Below, piece after piece: positions 8,041 through 16,066 of a stretch of DNA of 26,112 nucleotides. This stretch comes from an uncultured Pseudomonadota bacterium (lineage in GTDB: Bacteria; Babelota; Babeliae; Babelales; RVW-14), in the NCBI GenBank assembly GCA_964429765.1, contig CAYSDC010000002.1, forward strand, positions 9,375 to 35,486, read 5' to 3'. The notes below the pieces were generated by a model, which searched no databases, had not been told where the DNA came from, and saw nothing but the letters and a program-made list of their open reading frames with translations. The translations under genes and the position numbers were made by a program. Every line of letters starts with the position of its first letter. Positions within the stretch are counted from its first letter, which is position 1.

Positions 8041-8166
8041 ATGATTAGTGTTTACATGTCTAATATTTCTGATATCCAAGATCTTATGTGATTGATCGCT
8101 CAATTAAGTTGTCCAGTAATGATTGATCAGCTCAAAAAACATTGCGAGTGCATGTTAAAGGATTGA
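8041..8166 (+). pseudogene. Possible GNAT N-terminal remnant
   Basis: MISVYMSNISDIQDLM*LIAQLSCPVMIDQLKKH resembles the D..DI..L..QLGYP.T..QL..R start of some GNATs. Internal TGA at 8089-8091. Confidence 0.3.
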
Positions 8167-8234
8167 TAGTGAATGAAAAGTATCGAGGCTAAGGAGTTGG
8201 TGAAAATTAGAAAATTTCTGATGAAGGTAGATGC

Positions 8235-8942
8235 GTGACTCAGATAAGCAGTATAAAAAAATTACTACAACAGTCCATTACTATTCCTCAAGAAAGGCAT
8301 TCAGCTTTTTTCAAAACAGGTGAGGGGCATTATGCAGAGCATGACCGGTTTATCGGCGTAAATGCGCCAACACTTCGTATGATTGCCAAAAAGTTTTCGG
8401 ATCTTGCGCTTTGCGAAATACAAATGCTTATAAATTCTCCGATTAATGAAGAGCGGTTTCTTGCGCTGATTATTTTGGTTAGTCAGTACCAAAAAGCTGA
8501 TGATCAAATAAAAGATGAACTGTATCAATTTTATCTGAGCAATTTAAAACAGGTGAATAACTGGAACCTGGTTGATCTATCTGCTCATTTAATTATCGGT
8601 GCACACTTGTTCAAGCGCGATCGAGCTTTACTTTTTAAGCTGGCACAATCAGACATCATGTGGGAACGGCGTATCGCTATTGTTTCAACATTGTATTTTA
8701 TTCGACAGAACGATCTTCAATGTACCTTTAAGCTGGCTGAAATCTTGTTGAACGACAGTCATGATTTGATTCATAAAGCCACAGGATGGATGCTTCGCGA
8801 AGCGGGAAAAAAGGATCAAAGCATGTTGGTGGCATTTCTTGATCACTTTGCTTCTGTAATGCCACGAACATGTTTGCGTTATGCTATTGAAAAATTTCCT
8901 GAATCGCAGAGGAAGCACTATCTACTTCGTCGCAGTGTTTAG
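8235..8942 (+). CDS. alkD: DNA alkylation repair protein (AlkD family glycosylase)
   Basis: AlkD motifs: FIGVNAPTLR, EERFLAL, NNWNLVDLSA, WERRIAIV, DLIHKATGWMLREAGK, PRTCLRYAIEKF. Confidence 0.88.
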   Translation: MTQISSIKKLLQQSITIPQERHSAFFKTGEGHYAEHDRFIGVNAPTLRMIAKKFSDLALCEIQMLINSPINEERFLALIILVSQYQKADDQIKDELYQFYLSNLKQVNNWNLVDLSAHLIIGAHLFKRDRALLFKLAQSDIMWERRIAIVSTLYFIRQNDLQCTFKLAEILLNDSHDLIHKATGWMLREAGKKDQSMLVAFLDHFASVMPRTCLRYAIEKFPESQRKHYLLRRSV

Positions 8943-8957
8943 ATGCTCAGTTGATTA

Positions 8958-10073
8958 TTATTTGCTCAAAAAATGTTCTAATTTATTCAGTGCTTCGATC
9001 ATGGTGCTACGGCCAAATCCAATACGAAAATGATTTCCTGGATAATCATAAACTGATGCAGGAAGAAGTAATACATTTTCTTGATTGAGCAAAGATGAAC
9101 AGAAATTATCAACCGATTCATGGCCTTTATAGCGGACAAAACCGATACAGCCGCCTTGAGGCCTTACCCAAGAAAATAGATTTTGATGCTTAATGAAGAA
9201 CTGATCCAGTACTGATAAATTATTATAAATAATATTATTGTTACGTTCTAAAATTGTATTCATATTTTTCAGCGCAATTAAGCTTAAAATTTCGGCAGGG
9301 GCACTATTACAAATTGAGGTGTAGTGTTTTATCGCTTCAATTTTTTTTAGGAGTTCTTGATCTTGACAAGCTACCCATCCAACTCTCAGCCCAGCCATGC
9401 CGAGTGATTTGCTCATAACGCCTAAAGATACAGCCTTGTGGTATATTTCAGCTGCAGGTTGAGCCCAAGCTTTTTTAGAAGCTCCTAAGAGTCGATAGAC
9501 TTCATCGGAAAAAAGCCATATGCCGTGCTTATCAAGGAGTGTAACCAGTTCGCTTAATTCTTCTTGGCTTATGATTTGTCCTGTTGGGTTATGAGGAAAA
9601 TTAATAACGACACATTTTGTATTAGGCTTTATGCTTTGTTCGATTTTTTTTATGTCAATGTGCCATTCATTTTCTTCTTGAAGCGCAACTGTTGAAATTT
9701 CACATCCATTTATCTTTGGAATTTCCATAAGTGATTGGTAACAAGGTGTTAAAACAATTACATGATCACCTGATTCACATAATGCATGAAGTGTACAAAA
9801 TATCCCTTCTTCTGCTCCAGCAAAACAAAGGATATTATTTTGATTTAATGTTGGATAAAGGCTTTTCGCAATTTGTTCACGCAAAACAGGAAGGCCTTGA
9901 ACTTCTGTGTACCCTAGCGATAAATTGTTCCACCTGGCTCGATCTTGTTCATCAGCAAGAGCAAGGATATCGTGCATGGAAAAACTTTGTGCATCTGATA
10001 AGCAGAGTAAGTGTTGTGCTTTAAATTCGTATTTGCCCAAATATTCTTCTAATTTAAAGGTATCAATTTTCAT
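8958..10073 (-). CDS. PLP-dependent aminotransferase class I/II
   Basis: NFPHNPTG, SDEVY, PLP lysine in GVMSKSLGMAGLRVGW, FRIGFG. The likely start ATG 10073 overlaps the upstream gene's stop (ATGA). Confidence 0.92.
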   Translation of the reverse strand: MKIDTFKLEEYLGKYEFKAQHLLCLSDAQSFSMHDILALADEQDRARWNNLSLGYTEVQGLPVLREQIAKSLYPTLNQNNILCFAGAEEGIFCTLHALCESGDHVIVLTPCYQSLMEIPKINGCEISTVALQEENEWHIDIKKIEQSIKPNTKCVVINFPHNPTGQIISQEELSELVTLLDKHGIWLFSDEVYRLLGASKKAWAQPAAEIYHKAVSLGVMSKSLGMAGLRVGWVACQDQELLKKIEAIKHYTSICNSAPAEILSLIALKNMNTILERNNNIIYNNLSVLDQFFIKHQNLFSWVRPQGGCIGFVRYKGHESVDNFCSSLLNQENVLLLPASVYDYPGNHFRIGFGRSTMIEALNKLEHFLSK

Positions 10074-10654
10074 TTTATCTTCCATTCTTTGAGATATTTA
10101 AATATGGTAGCACGTCCCATGTTTAATATTTTGGCAACGTAGTCGACAGCATTTTTTTGATTAAAGGCCCCAGCAAAAAAGAGATAGTGAACAACCTGTT
10201 TTTTCTGAGAATTTGTCAAATTTTGGAAATTCAAATTATGTTCTGCCAAATATGTATGCAGATTTTTGTGTAACTGTTCTTGCCAATCATTTTTAAAAAA
10301 ACTTTCTGGTTGTTTTGTTTGTGAATGGCTTAAAAGCTGTTCTGCCAAGAGCTGCATTTGGCTGAAGATTGATACATCACAATTGATGCAAGCAATAAAA
10401 TTTTCTCCCAGTGGAACCGAAATTGATCTAATCAATCGTCCATCAAAGTTAATTTTAGGGTAGATAATTTTATCGATATCTTTTTCCATTTCATCGTCAG
10501 TTAATAGAGATAAATCATCAACCGAGCGATTCGATAATTTTCCATATTTATAGGCAATAACCCCTTTTTGCATGTCGTGAATGACTATTTCTACAAGTGG
10601 CTCCAGAAGGTGAACAAAAGCTTTGCAAAGCTGTGTAATAACCAATACATCCAT
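10070..10654 (-). CDS. YheO-like PAS domain plus C-terminal HTH transcriptional regulator (DauR-like)
   Basis: EIVIHD..., SNRSVDD, RLIRSIS, ACINCDVS, and the HTH GAFNQKNAVDYVAKILNMGRATIFKYL. Confidence 0.88.
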   Translation of the reverse strand: MDVLVITQLCKAFVHLLEPLVEIVIHDMQKGVIAYKYGKLSNRSVDDLSLLTDDEMEKDIDKIIYPKINFDGRLIRSISVPLGENFIACINCDVSIFSQMQLLAEQLLSHSQTKQPESFFKNDWQEQLHKNLHTYLAEHNLNFQNLTNSQKKQVVHYLFFAGAFNQKNAVDYVAKILNMGRATIFKYLKEWKIK

Positions 10655-10668
10655 ATTTAAGTCCCTAC

Positions 10669-10753
10669 TTAGATTTTTAGTTTAGATATAGTTTAAATAT
10701 AGACTAAAAATCTAAAAAATCAACCAATATAGACTAATTAGTCTATATTGGTT
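10669..10753 (-). promoter_or_regulatory. Candidate operator/promoter region of the YheO-aminotransferase operon
   Basis: 13-bp inverted repeat (10669-10681/10703-10715), perfect 32-bp palindrome (10722-10753), and three copies of AATATAGACTAA. Confidence 0.6.
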
Positions 10754-10779
10754 CGGGAATAAAAGTTCTTTGGTCTATA

Positions 10780-11727
10780 CTACTCATGAGTTTGGTTAAT
10801 GATTTTTATGATGTTGTTGAGCCCAGCTGCAACCCATTGCACCGATGAATCTTCGCTAGCTTGAACAAAATAGGGGAGTGCTAGAATCGAATGATAGTAT
10901 GCTTTAAAGCGCGCAACATTCATGGTTGCTTCATCTATTGTGCCGTACGCATCCGTAAAAGCTTGAAGTGCATTATCTGTGAAAATAATAAATCCAAGAG
11001 CAATATCAAGCGCTGGATGGCCAATGTGCATGTCACCCCAGTCGATAAATCCTACTGGAAGTTTGTGTTCATTGATCAAGATGTGCTTTGCGTATAAGTC
11101 CCCATGTAGATAGGAGTGCTTGGCAATGGTTGTATCCAGCATTTGAAATGAGTCCATGAGCTCAGATAAATATGCTGGATCAAATCCGCAAGATATAAAG
11201 CTATCATGATACTGAACAAGCGTTGTTTTAACTCGGCCAGTTCGTTGCTCTATGCTCAAGCGCCAATCATTTACCCCTTTAAGGTTTGCTCGATGTTTAT
11301 CTAAAACTGGTAGTGAGTGAAGCTGCGCAAGCCAAGAACCCACTATTTGTGCAAAGTTAATATCATCAACCAGAGGTTCACACGTTTCGGCAAGCAATGT
11401 GCCAGGGAGCACTGGATATCCCAAAAAAACAAAAGGGTACACATCACTTGGCTTGCCAATAAACTGAGGTGATGGCACTGGAAACGGGAGTTTATTTGCA
11501 AGGTAAGGAAGCAGCATGATTTCATTTTCCATAAAATTCAGGGCTTGGGCTTTGTGTGGAAAACGAAACACAAATTGTTGGTTGACCAAAAATGCAGTGT
11601 TATCAAATCCCTGGCCAAGCAGTTCGATAGTTGTTGCTTCAAGATTAAACTGTGAGAGCAAGAGTGCTTGCACCATGTCGGGTGTTACTTCTATTGTTTT
11701 ATCCCATATGTTGGCCATGCTTTGCAT
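10780..11727 (-). CDS. APH family phosphotransferase
   Basis: LGQGFDNTAFLVN..FVFRFP, HGDLYAKHILI, GFIDWGDMHIGHPALDIA. Confidence 0.87.
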   Translation of the reverse strand: MQSMANIWDKTIEVTPDMVQALLLSQFNLEATTIELLGQGFDNTAFLVNQQFVFRFPHKAQALNFMENEIMLLPYLANKLPFPVPSPQFIGKPSDVYPFVFLGYPVLPGTLLAETCEPLVDDINFAQIVGSWLAQLHSLPVLDKHRANLKGVNDWRLSIEQRTGRVKTTLVQYHDSFISCGFDPAYLSELMDSFQMLDTTIAKHSYLHGDLYAKHILINEHKLPVGFIDWGDMHIGHPALDIALGFIIFTDNALQAFTDAYGTIDEATMNVARFKAYYHSILALPYFVQASEDSSVQWVAAGLNNIIKIINQTHE

Positions 11728-11845
11728 CCTTTATAATTTTGATAGGGCGATAGCGGTTGTTGGTGGTCATGTGATATAATGCCTCAAGCTTTAATTATGA
11801 AGCATAATCTTTATTTTAAAAAACTTAATAATCAAGAATAACAGT

Positions 11846-12382
11846 ATGAAATTAGAAATTTTTGTTCCTGATAATAACCAAGAGCTTCTTATCACCCATG
11901 GCTTTGCAGCAACTTCTTTTGGACTTTGTTTAATTGGGCTTATCCAAGATAGCGTATGTCATCTGTCATTTTGGGATCAAAATGCTCAAGAGCAGGCGAC
12001 TGAAGGACTTTTTCGAGAGTGGAAAAATGCACAGTTTGTGCTCGATACTTTAAAAATAGAACAGATGGCCCAACAGATTTTTTCTCCTGAAATTGGTAAA
12101 GATGTTTCGTTAAGCCTCGTGCTCAGAGGGACACCATTTCAAATTAAAGTTTGGAACGCGCTGCTTGCCATTCCATGTGGGCAAACGGTATCGTACCAAA
12201 GCGTAGCGCAGGCGATTGGCCAACCAACAGCAACACGCGCAGCAGCAAGTGCAATTGCAAAAAATAACATTAGCTACTTAATCCCATGCCATCGTGTTAT
12301 TGCTAAATCGGGCAAGATACATAACTATCGTTGGGGAGCAGAGCGCAAGAGAGCGATGCTTGTGCACGAAAAGTATTTATAA
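11846..12382 (+). CDS. ogt: Methylated-DNA--protein-cysteine methyltransferase
   Basis: GTPFQIKVWNALLAIPCGQTVSY, active-site IPCHRV, NYRWG..RK. Confidence 0.92.
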   Translation: MKLEIFVPDNNQELLITHGFAATSFGLCLIGLIQDSVCHLSFWDQNAQEQATEGLFREWKNAQFVLDTLKIEQMAQQIFSPEIGKDVSLSLVLRGTPFQIKVWNALLAIPCGQTVSYQSVAQAIGQPTATRAAASAIAKNNISYLIPCHRVIAKSGKIHNYRWGAERKRAMLVHEKYL

Positions 12383-12390
12383 AGGATGTT

Positions 12391-12708
12391 ATGAATTCTG
12401 ACCAAAAAAATATTATATCTTTTCAATTCTTTAAAGACTTAATAAAACTTGAATATATTGAAAAAATTTATCTTTATGGTTCTCGAGCTCGTGGTGATCA
12501 TAAGAATAGATCTGATATAGACCTTGCAATTATATGTCCTGATGCGAGTGAAAATGATTGGTATGCGGTGCTTGATTTGGTCGATAATGCTGATACTTTG
12601 CTTAAAATAGATTGCGTTAGGTTTGATCAACTTACTGATAGTAATCCATTAAAAAAGTCTATCGTTCAAGATGGGGTGGTTCTTTATCAAAAGGAAAAAG
12701 ATGAGTGA
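12391..12708 (+). CDS. Minimal nucleotidyltransferase (MNT) antitoxin
   Basis: GSRARGDHKNRSDID fits GSX10DXD; KIDCVR. RBS AAGGA before ATG 12391, so the ORF-track start at 12331 is probably too long. Confidence 0.88.
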   Translation: MNSDQKNIISFQFFKDLIKLEYIEKIYLYGSRARGDHKNRSDIDLAIICPDASENDWYAVLDLVDNADTLLKIDCVRFDQLTDSNPLKKSIVQDGVVLYQKEKDE

Positions 12709-13099
12709 TAATCGTATAGAGCAATCTTTGCAGCAGACAAAAAAAGCAATTCAAGCACTTGGCGTTATGATTTGTAAACCTATGGACGAAGATCGAGGAA
12801 ACATCGATGCATCAATACAACGATTTGAGTTTACGATTGAACTTTTTTGGAAGTTATTAAAACGTATCTTGGAAACAAAAGGTGTTGAAGTCAGATATCC
12901 TAAAGATGTTTTACAAGAAGCATATGCGGGCGGTTTGATTGATGATGAAAAAGTATGGCTGAGAATGCTCAAGGATCGAAATCTTACTTCTCATACGTAC
13001 AATGAAGATCTTGCAGATGAAATCTACGAGCATATTAAAAAATATTATCCCATTTTGGAAGAAGCTCTTCAGAAAATTGAAAGTATTCTTGGTCTTTGA
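12701..13099 (+). CDS. HEPN toxin (HI0074-like nucleotidyltransferase substrate-binding family)
   Basis: IQRFEFTIELFWK, PKDVLQEAY, RNLTSHTY fits RX4HXY. ATG 12701 overlaps the MNT end by 8 nt. Confidence 0.88.
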   Translation: MSDNRIEQSLQQTKKAIQALGVMICKPMDEDRGNIDASIQRFEFTIELFWKLLKRILETKGVEVRYPKDVLQEAYAGGLIDDEKVWLRMLKDRNLTSHTYNEDLADEIYEHIKKYYPILEEALQKIESILGL

Positions 13100-13101
13100 T
13101 T

Positions 13102-13686
13102 ATGAAAAAATTTCCTCGTCTCAATAGAAGCGATCTAAAAATTTTGAATGACGCACTTCATTTCATGAACATGAAGGAGCTCAAGCTCACGAGTGCTGAC
13201 CTCCGGCTTGCCCAAACCGGCATGAAAGCGCTGATGATTGCACGGATCATGCACTTCATAAAAACGGGAGAAGTTTTAGTTGAGCAGGAAGTTCCTGCAA
13301 TTTCACGTGCAAAAAAGGGCCAAGTAATTTTACTCAAGCCAGAAAGCTTGATTCTAGATGGCAGCTACAAAAATGATTTGGCAACGCGTCTTTTTTTTAA
13401 AAGGTTGATAGGAACGCACTTTCATTTTGCTGTAGTTGGGCATGATTGGATTAAAGCTCGGTGGCTTGAAGGAAATCCGCCAACGTACCAAGAATTTGCG
13501 AATTTTTGGCAAGAAGCGAAAGCTCAAAACAAAGTATGCCCTAAGCAAGAATGGGCTTATTTAAGTTTTATACAGCGTTTTGTCGCTCAGAATCCAAATG
13601 CTTCACGGGCTCAGATTACTCACGGCTGGAATGTAGAGCGAGAGCGTAATGTGAAGCAAGCGCACATGTTATTGAAAAAAATCTGA
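13102..13686 (+). CDS. Conserved hypothetical protein (SAP/DUF6434-like)
   Basis: N-terminal SAP-like MKELK..SADLRL..TGMKALMIARI; YKNDLATRLFFKRLIG.HFHF...DW...PPTYQEFA. The family assignment is from recall. Confidence 0.5.
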   Translation: MKKFPRLNRSDLKILNDALHFMNMKELKLTSADLRLAQTGMKALMIARIMHFIKTGEVLVEQEVPAISRAKKGQVILLKPESLILDGSYKNDLATRLFFKRLIGTHFHFAVVGHDWIKARWLEGNPPTYQEFANFWQEAKAQNKVCPKQEWAYLSFIQRFVAQNPNASRAQITHGWNVERERNVKQAHMLLKKI

Positions 13687-13773
13687 GAGTTCAAGATTTT
13701 GAGTTATGATCAAAGTGGATAAAGTGCAGCAAGCGACCATCTGCCTGTTATCATGGATGTAGACGTACGATAA
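13687..13773 (+). pseudogene. 3' remnant of an endonuclease/exonuclease/phosphatase (EEP) gene
   Basis: Frame 13687 reads EFKILSYDQSG*SAASDHLPVIMDVDVR*. SDHLPV is the EEP C-terminal catalytic-His motif. Confidence 0.55.
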
Positions 13774-13836
13774 CAAATGATTTATAGTCCTTGTTCTCAG
13801 AACAAGGACATTCCATTACGTTTATGAAAGAGCCTC

Positions 13837-14313
13837 ATGAGCATTAATAAAAATATCCATACGCTTGCCCGTGCGGTTATTATTGATCAAGGACATATTT
13901 TATTGGCACATCATCCAAGCTGGAAGCAAGGCCATTACTATTTGCCCGGTGGACACATCGAGCATGGAGAAAGTGCTCAGCAATCTGTGTTGCGTGAACT
14001 TGATGAAGAGATGGGTTTATCTTTTACGATTCAAAGATTTTTAGGATGTTTGGAATATTCATTTCAAGCAAACCTAGGAACTAAGGTTTGTCATACGCAC
14101 GAGTATAATTTTTTATTTTTGGCAACATCGTCCGAACTAAAAGCTGGCGTCATTCCTCCTCAAAAAGAAGAGCATGTCGCATTTGCTTGGATTCCTCTTG
14201 AAAATCTTGCATCGACAAATCTTTTACCAACACCTTTGATTCAACTCATTCCTGCGTGGTCTGAGCAGAACCTTATTCAGGCATTTATGACCGAGATGAT
14301 TAAGCCATCCTAA
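13837..14313 (+). CDS. NUDIX hydrolase
   Basis: Nudix box GHIEHGESAQQSVLRELDEEMGL fits GX5EX7REUXEEXGU. Confidence 0.92.
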   Translation: MSINKNIHTLARAVIIDQGHILLAHHPSWKQGHYYLPGGHIEHGESAQQSVLRELDEEMGLSFTIQRFLGCLEYSFQANLGTKVCHTHEYNFLFLATSSELKAGVIPPQKEEHVAFAWIPLENLASTNLLPTPLIQLIPAWSEQNLIQAFMTEMIKPS

Positions 14314-15102
14314 CTAGTTATTGGAAGGTTCTAAATTTTTCATTAAAAGCGTTTTGGATGGAACATGAACTCCATCTTCATCAATGCTTGCAAGAGCAAG
14401 CGTAAAGATAACGCCTCCCATGAACATGCCTGTAACGGCGCATGGTAGTAAAGATGAATTCCAAAATGATGATTGTGATGAGTAGTGCAAGATGCCAAGT
14501 TGCTTAAGCTTACGCTTAAGTTGTTGCTCTCGGTCGAGTAAAATTTTCATAATCTCTTTTTTATCATGACGGTCAAGATGGTTAATGCGTGCCAAATCGC
14601 TTTGAACATGCTCAAGAAGATCAATAACTTCAGCAATTGATATTTTTTGTTCAACGCCATCAACTGTCCAATTTTGTCCAGTAGAGGCATTGGTTTCATG
14701 CGTATCAAATGCGGTATAACGTGGTCCTGAGGGTACTGTCTGACCTATCTGGCAATGAATAATGCTTTTGATCGCAAAGAGTAAAAAGTAGCTTACCATA
14801 ATCATTTCAAGCGTTGATGTTCGATTTAAATAATCCTGAATTTCAGGAGAGAGTTTTTGTGGTTTGTTATGTGTTAAGTAAGATAAGAGTGGGGTAAGTT
14901 GATATTTTAAATGAGTTTCTTGGGTGAAAATAAGTGGCGATAAAGGAAGTGTTATTGCTGCTTGATTACTTTGTTCTTGCTCAATAATGTCTGAAGACAG
15001 ACGGTCTGATGTTGTGACAACATCAGAAATTTGAGCACTCAGTCCACATACAAGAAACAGAATGAGTGTTTGTGCCGGTATAAGATAAAAATGCCGATTC
15101 AT
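14314..15102 (-). CDS. Hypothetical exported/membrane protein
   Basis: Long ORF; probable start M16 of the track ORF. Signal-like N-terminus, coiled-coil segment, C-terminal hydrophobic helix (LLPCAVTGMFMGGVIFTLALASI). Confidence 0.65.
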   Translation of the reverse strand: MNRHFYLIPAQTLILFLVCGLSAQISDVVTTSDRLSSDIIEQEQSNQAAITLPLSPLIFTQETHLKYQLTPLLSYLTHNKPQKLSPEIQDYLNRTSTLEMIMVSYFLLFAIKSIIHCQIGQTVPSGPRYTAFDTHETNASTGQNWTVDGVEQKISIAEVIDLLEHVQSDLARINHLDRHDKKEIMKILLDREQQLKRKLKQLGILHYSSQSSFWNSSLLPCAVTGMFMGGVIFTLALASIDEDGVHVPSKTLLMKNLEPSNN

Positions 15103-15364
15103 GCAACACCTCATATGTGATGGTCGATTTCTTAAAAAACTTTTCATCTAAGTATCGTTTAGTATTTGGGATTATACCTAAATGTCAATCAAAAACAACG
15201 CCATGTATTCAATGTGAAATATTTTTATCAAAAAAATGTTCATACGCTTATTTATAATGTGTGTCAGAGTAGACGTCTAAATACTTGTAATTTTTTGCTA
15301 TCTGCAGCTATAGTACAACCTATAACGGGGTAATTGATTTTTAAAAGAAAATGGGAGAAATAAA

Positions 15365-16066
15365 ATGATTATTGTACGGTTTATATCACATTTAATGCTC
15401 ATATCTATTTTATGCTTGTCACAGGCAGTAGAGCTACAGGCTTTTGGTGATGGTCCTGTGCGAAGTAGTACTGTTCTGGAGCCCAAATTTATTCCATTAG
15501 AAGAGGGGCAAGGGAGCTATGTTGTTAAAGTGTATGATGACAGCAAGCTTCTTACTATTAAAGATGCGTCATTTTCAGGGCGAACAGCAATTGGGGGCAT
15601 CCGTTCTGAAAATGATGATTCAATTATGCAACTTAAGCTTTCAAAGGTAAAAGAGATTCGTATCATTAAACCTGTTTTTCAAAGCAAACGGTTTAGTGAT
15701 CAAGAGTTTACGCTTGCAAGCATAACAACCAATAATAACACCGTCGTTGATAATTTGTTAATACCAAAAAACATTGTCATCTGTGGCATGGAAGAATCAA
15801 CACAGATTGAGCGAGCATGGCTCTTTAGTAAGTTGAACAGGTTGGTTATCGAATCTGGTATTAAACCTCCTAAGGCATCAAAAATTAAAAAAGAATCAAC
15901 TAAAGAGATCAATCAAAAGGCACTAGAGCAGCAAGTTGAGCTGTCAAAAAAAGCAAAGCAAAAGAGTATTCACCGCGGAATTTTGGATGCGGTTGAAGGT
16001 ATATTTGGTGCATTTTATGATTTGATTGTTGCAATTGCACAGTTTTTTATTCGTTTGATTTCTTAA
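15365..16066 (+). CDS. Hypothetical secreted protein
   Basis: RBS GGGAG, signal peptide, beta-rich N-domain, Lys-rich linker, amphipathic/hydrophobic C-terminal helix. Confidence 0.7.
   Translation: MIIVRFISHLMLISILCLSQAVELQAFGDGPVRSSTVLEPKFIPLEEGQGSYVVKVYDDSKLLTIKDASFSGRTAIGGIRSENDDSIMQLKLSKVKEIRIIKPVFQSKRFSDQEFTLASITTNNNTVVDNLLIPKNIVICGMEESTQIERAWLFSKLNRLVIESGIKPPKASKIKKESTKEINQKALEQQVELSKKAKQKSIHRGILDAVEGIFGAFYDLIVAIAQFFIRLIS

Noticed and set aside
8958-11727. Tuberactinomycin-type biosynthesis/resistance cluster (VioD-like aminotransferase next to a phosphotransferase)
   Set aside because: No NRPS or other pathway genes. The YheO-aminotransferase operon is a common stand-alone unit.
6539-14313. 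Integron cassette array (many short accessory genes)
   Set aside because: No consistent RYYYAAC...GTTRRRY attC structures were found after the stops, orientations are mixed, and there is no integrase.
14305-14322. Abutting convergent stops with palindrome TAACTAGTTA, and the similar 4-bp convergent overlap at 16063-16066
   Set aside because: Ordinary compact-genome arrangement. The short palindrome arises from the two stop codons.
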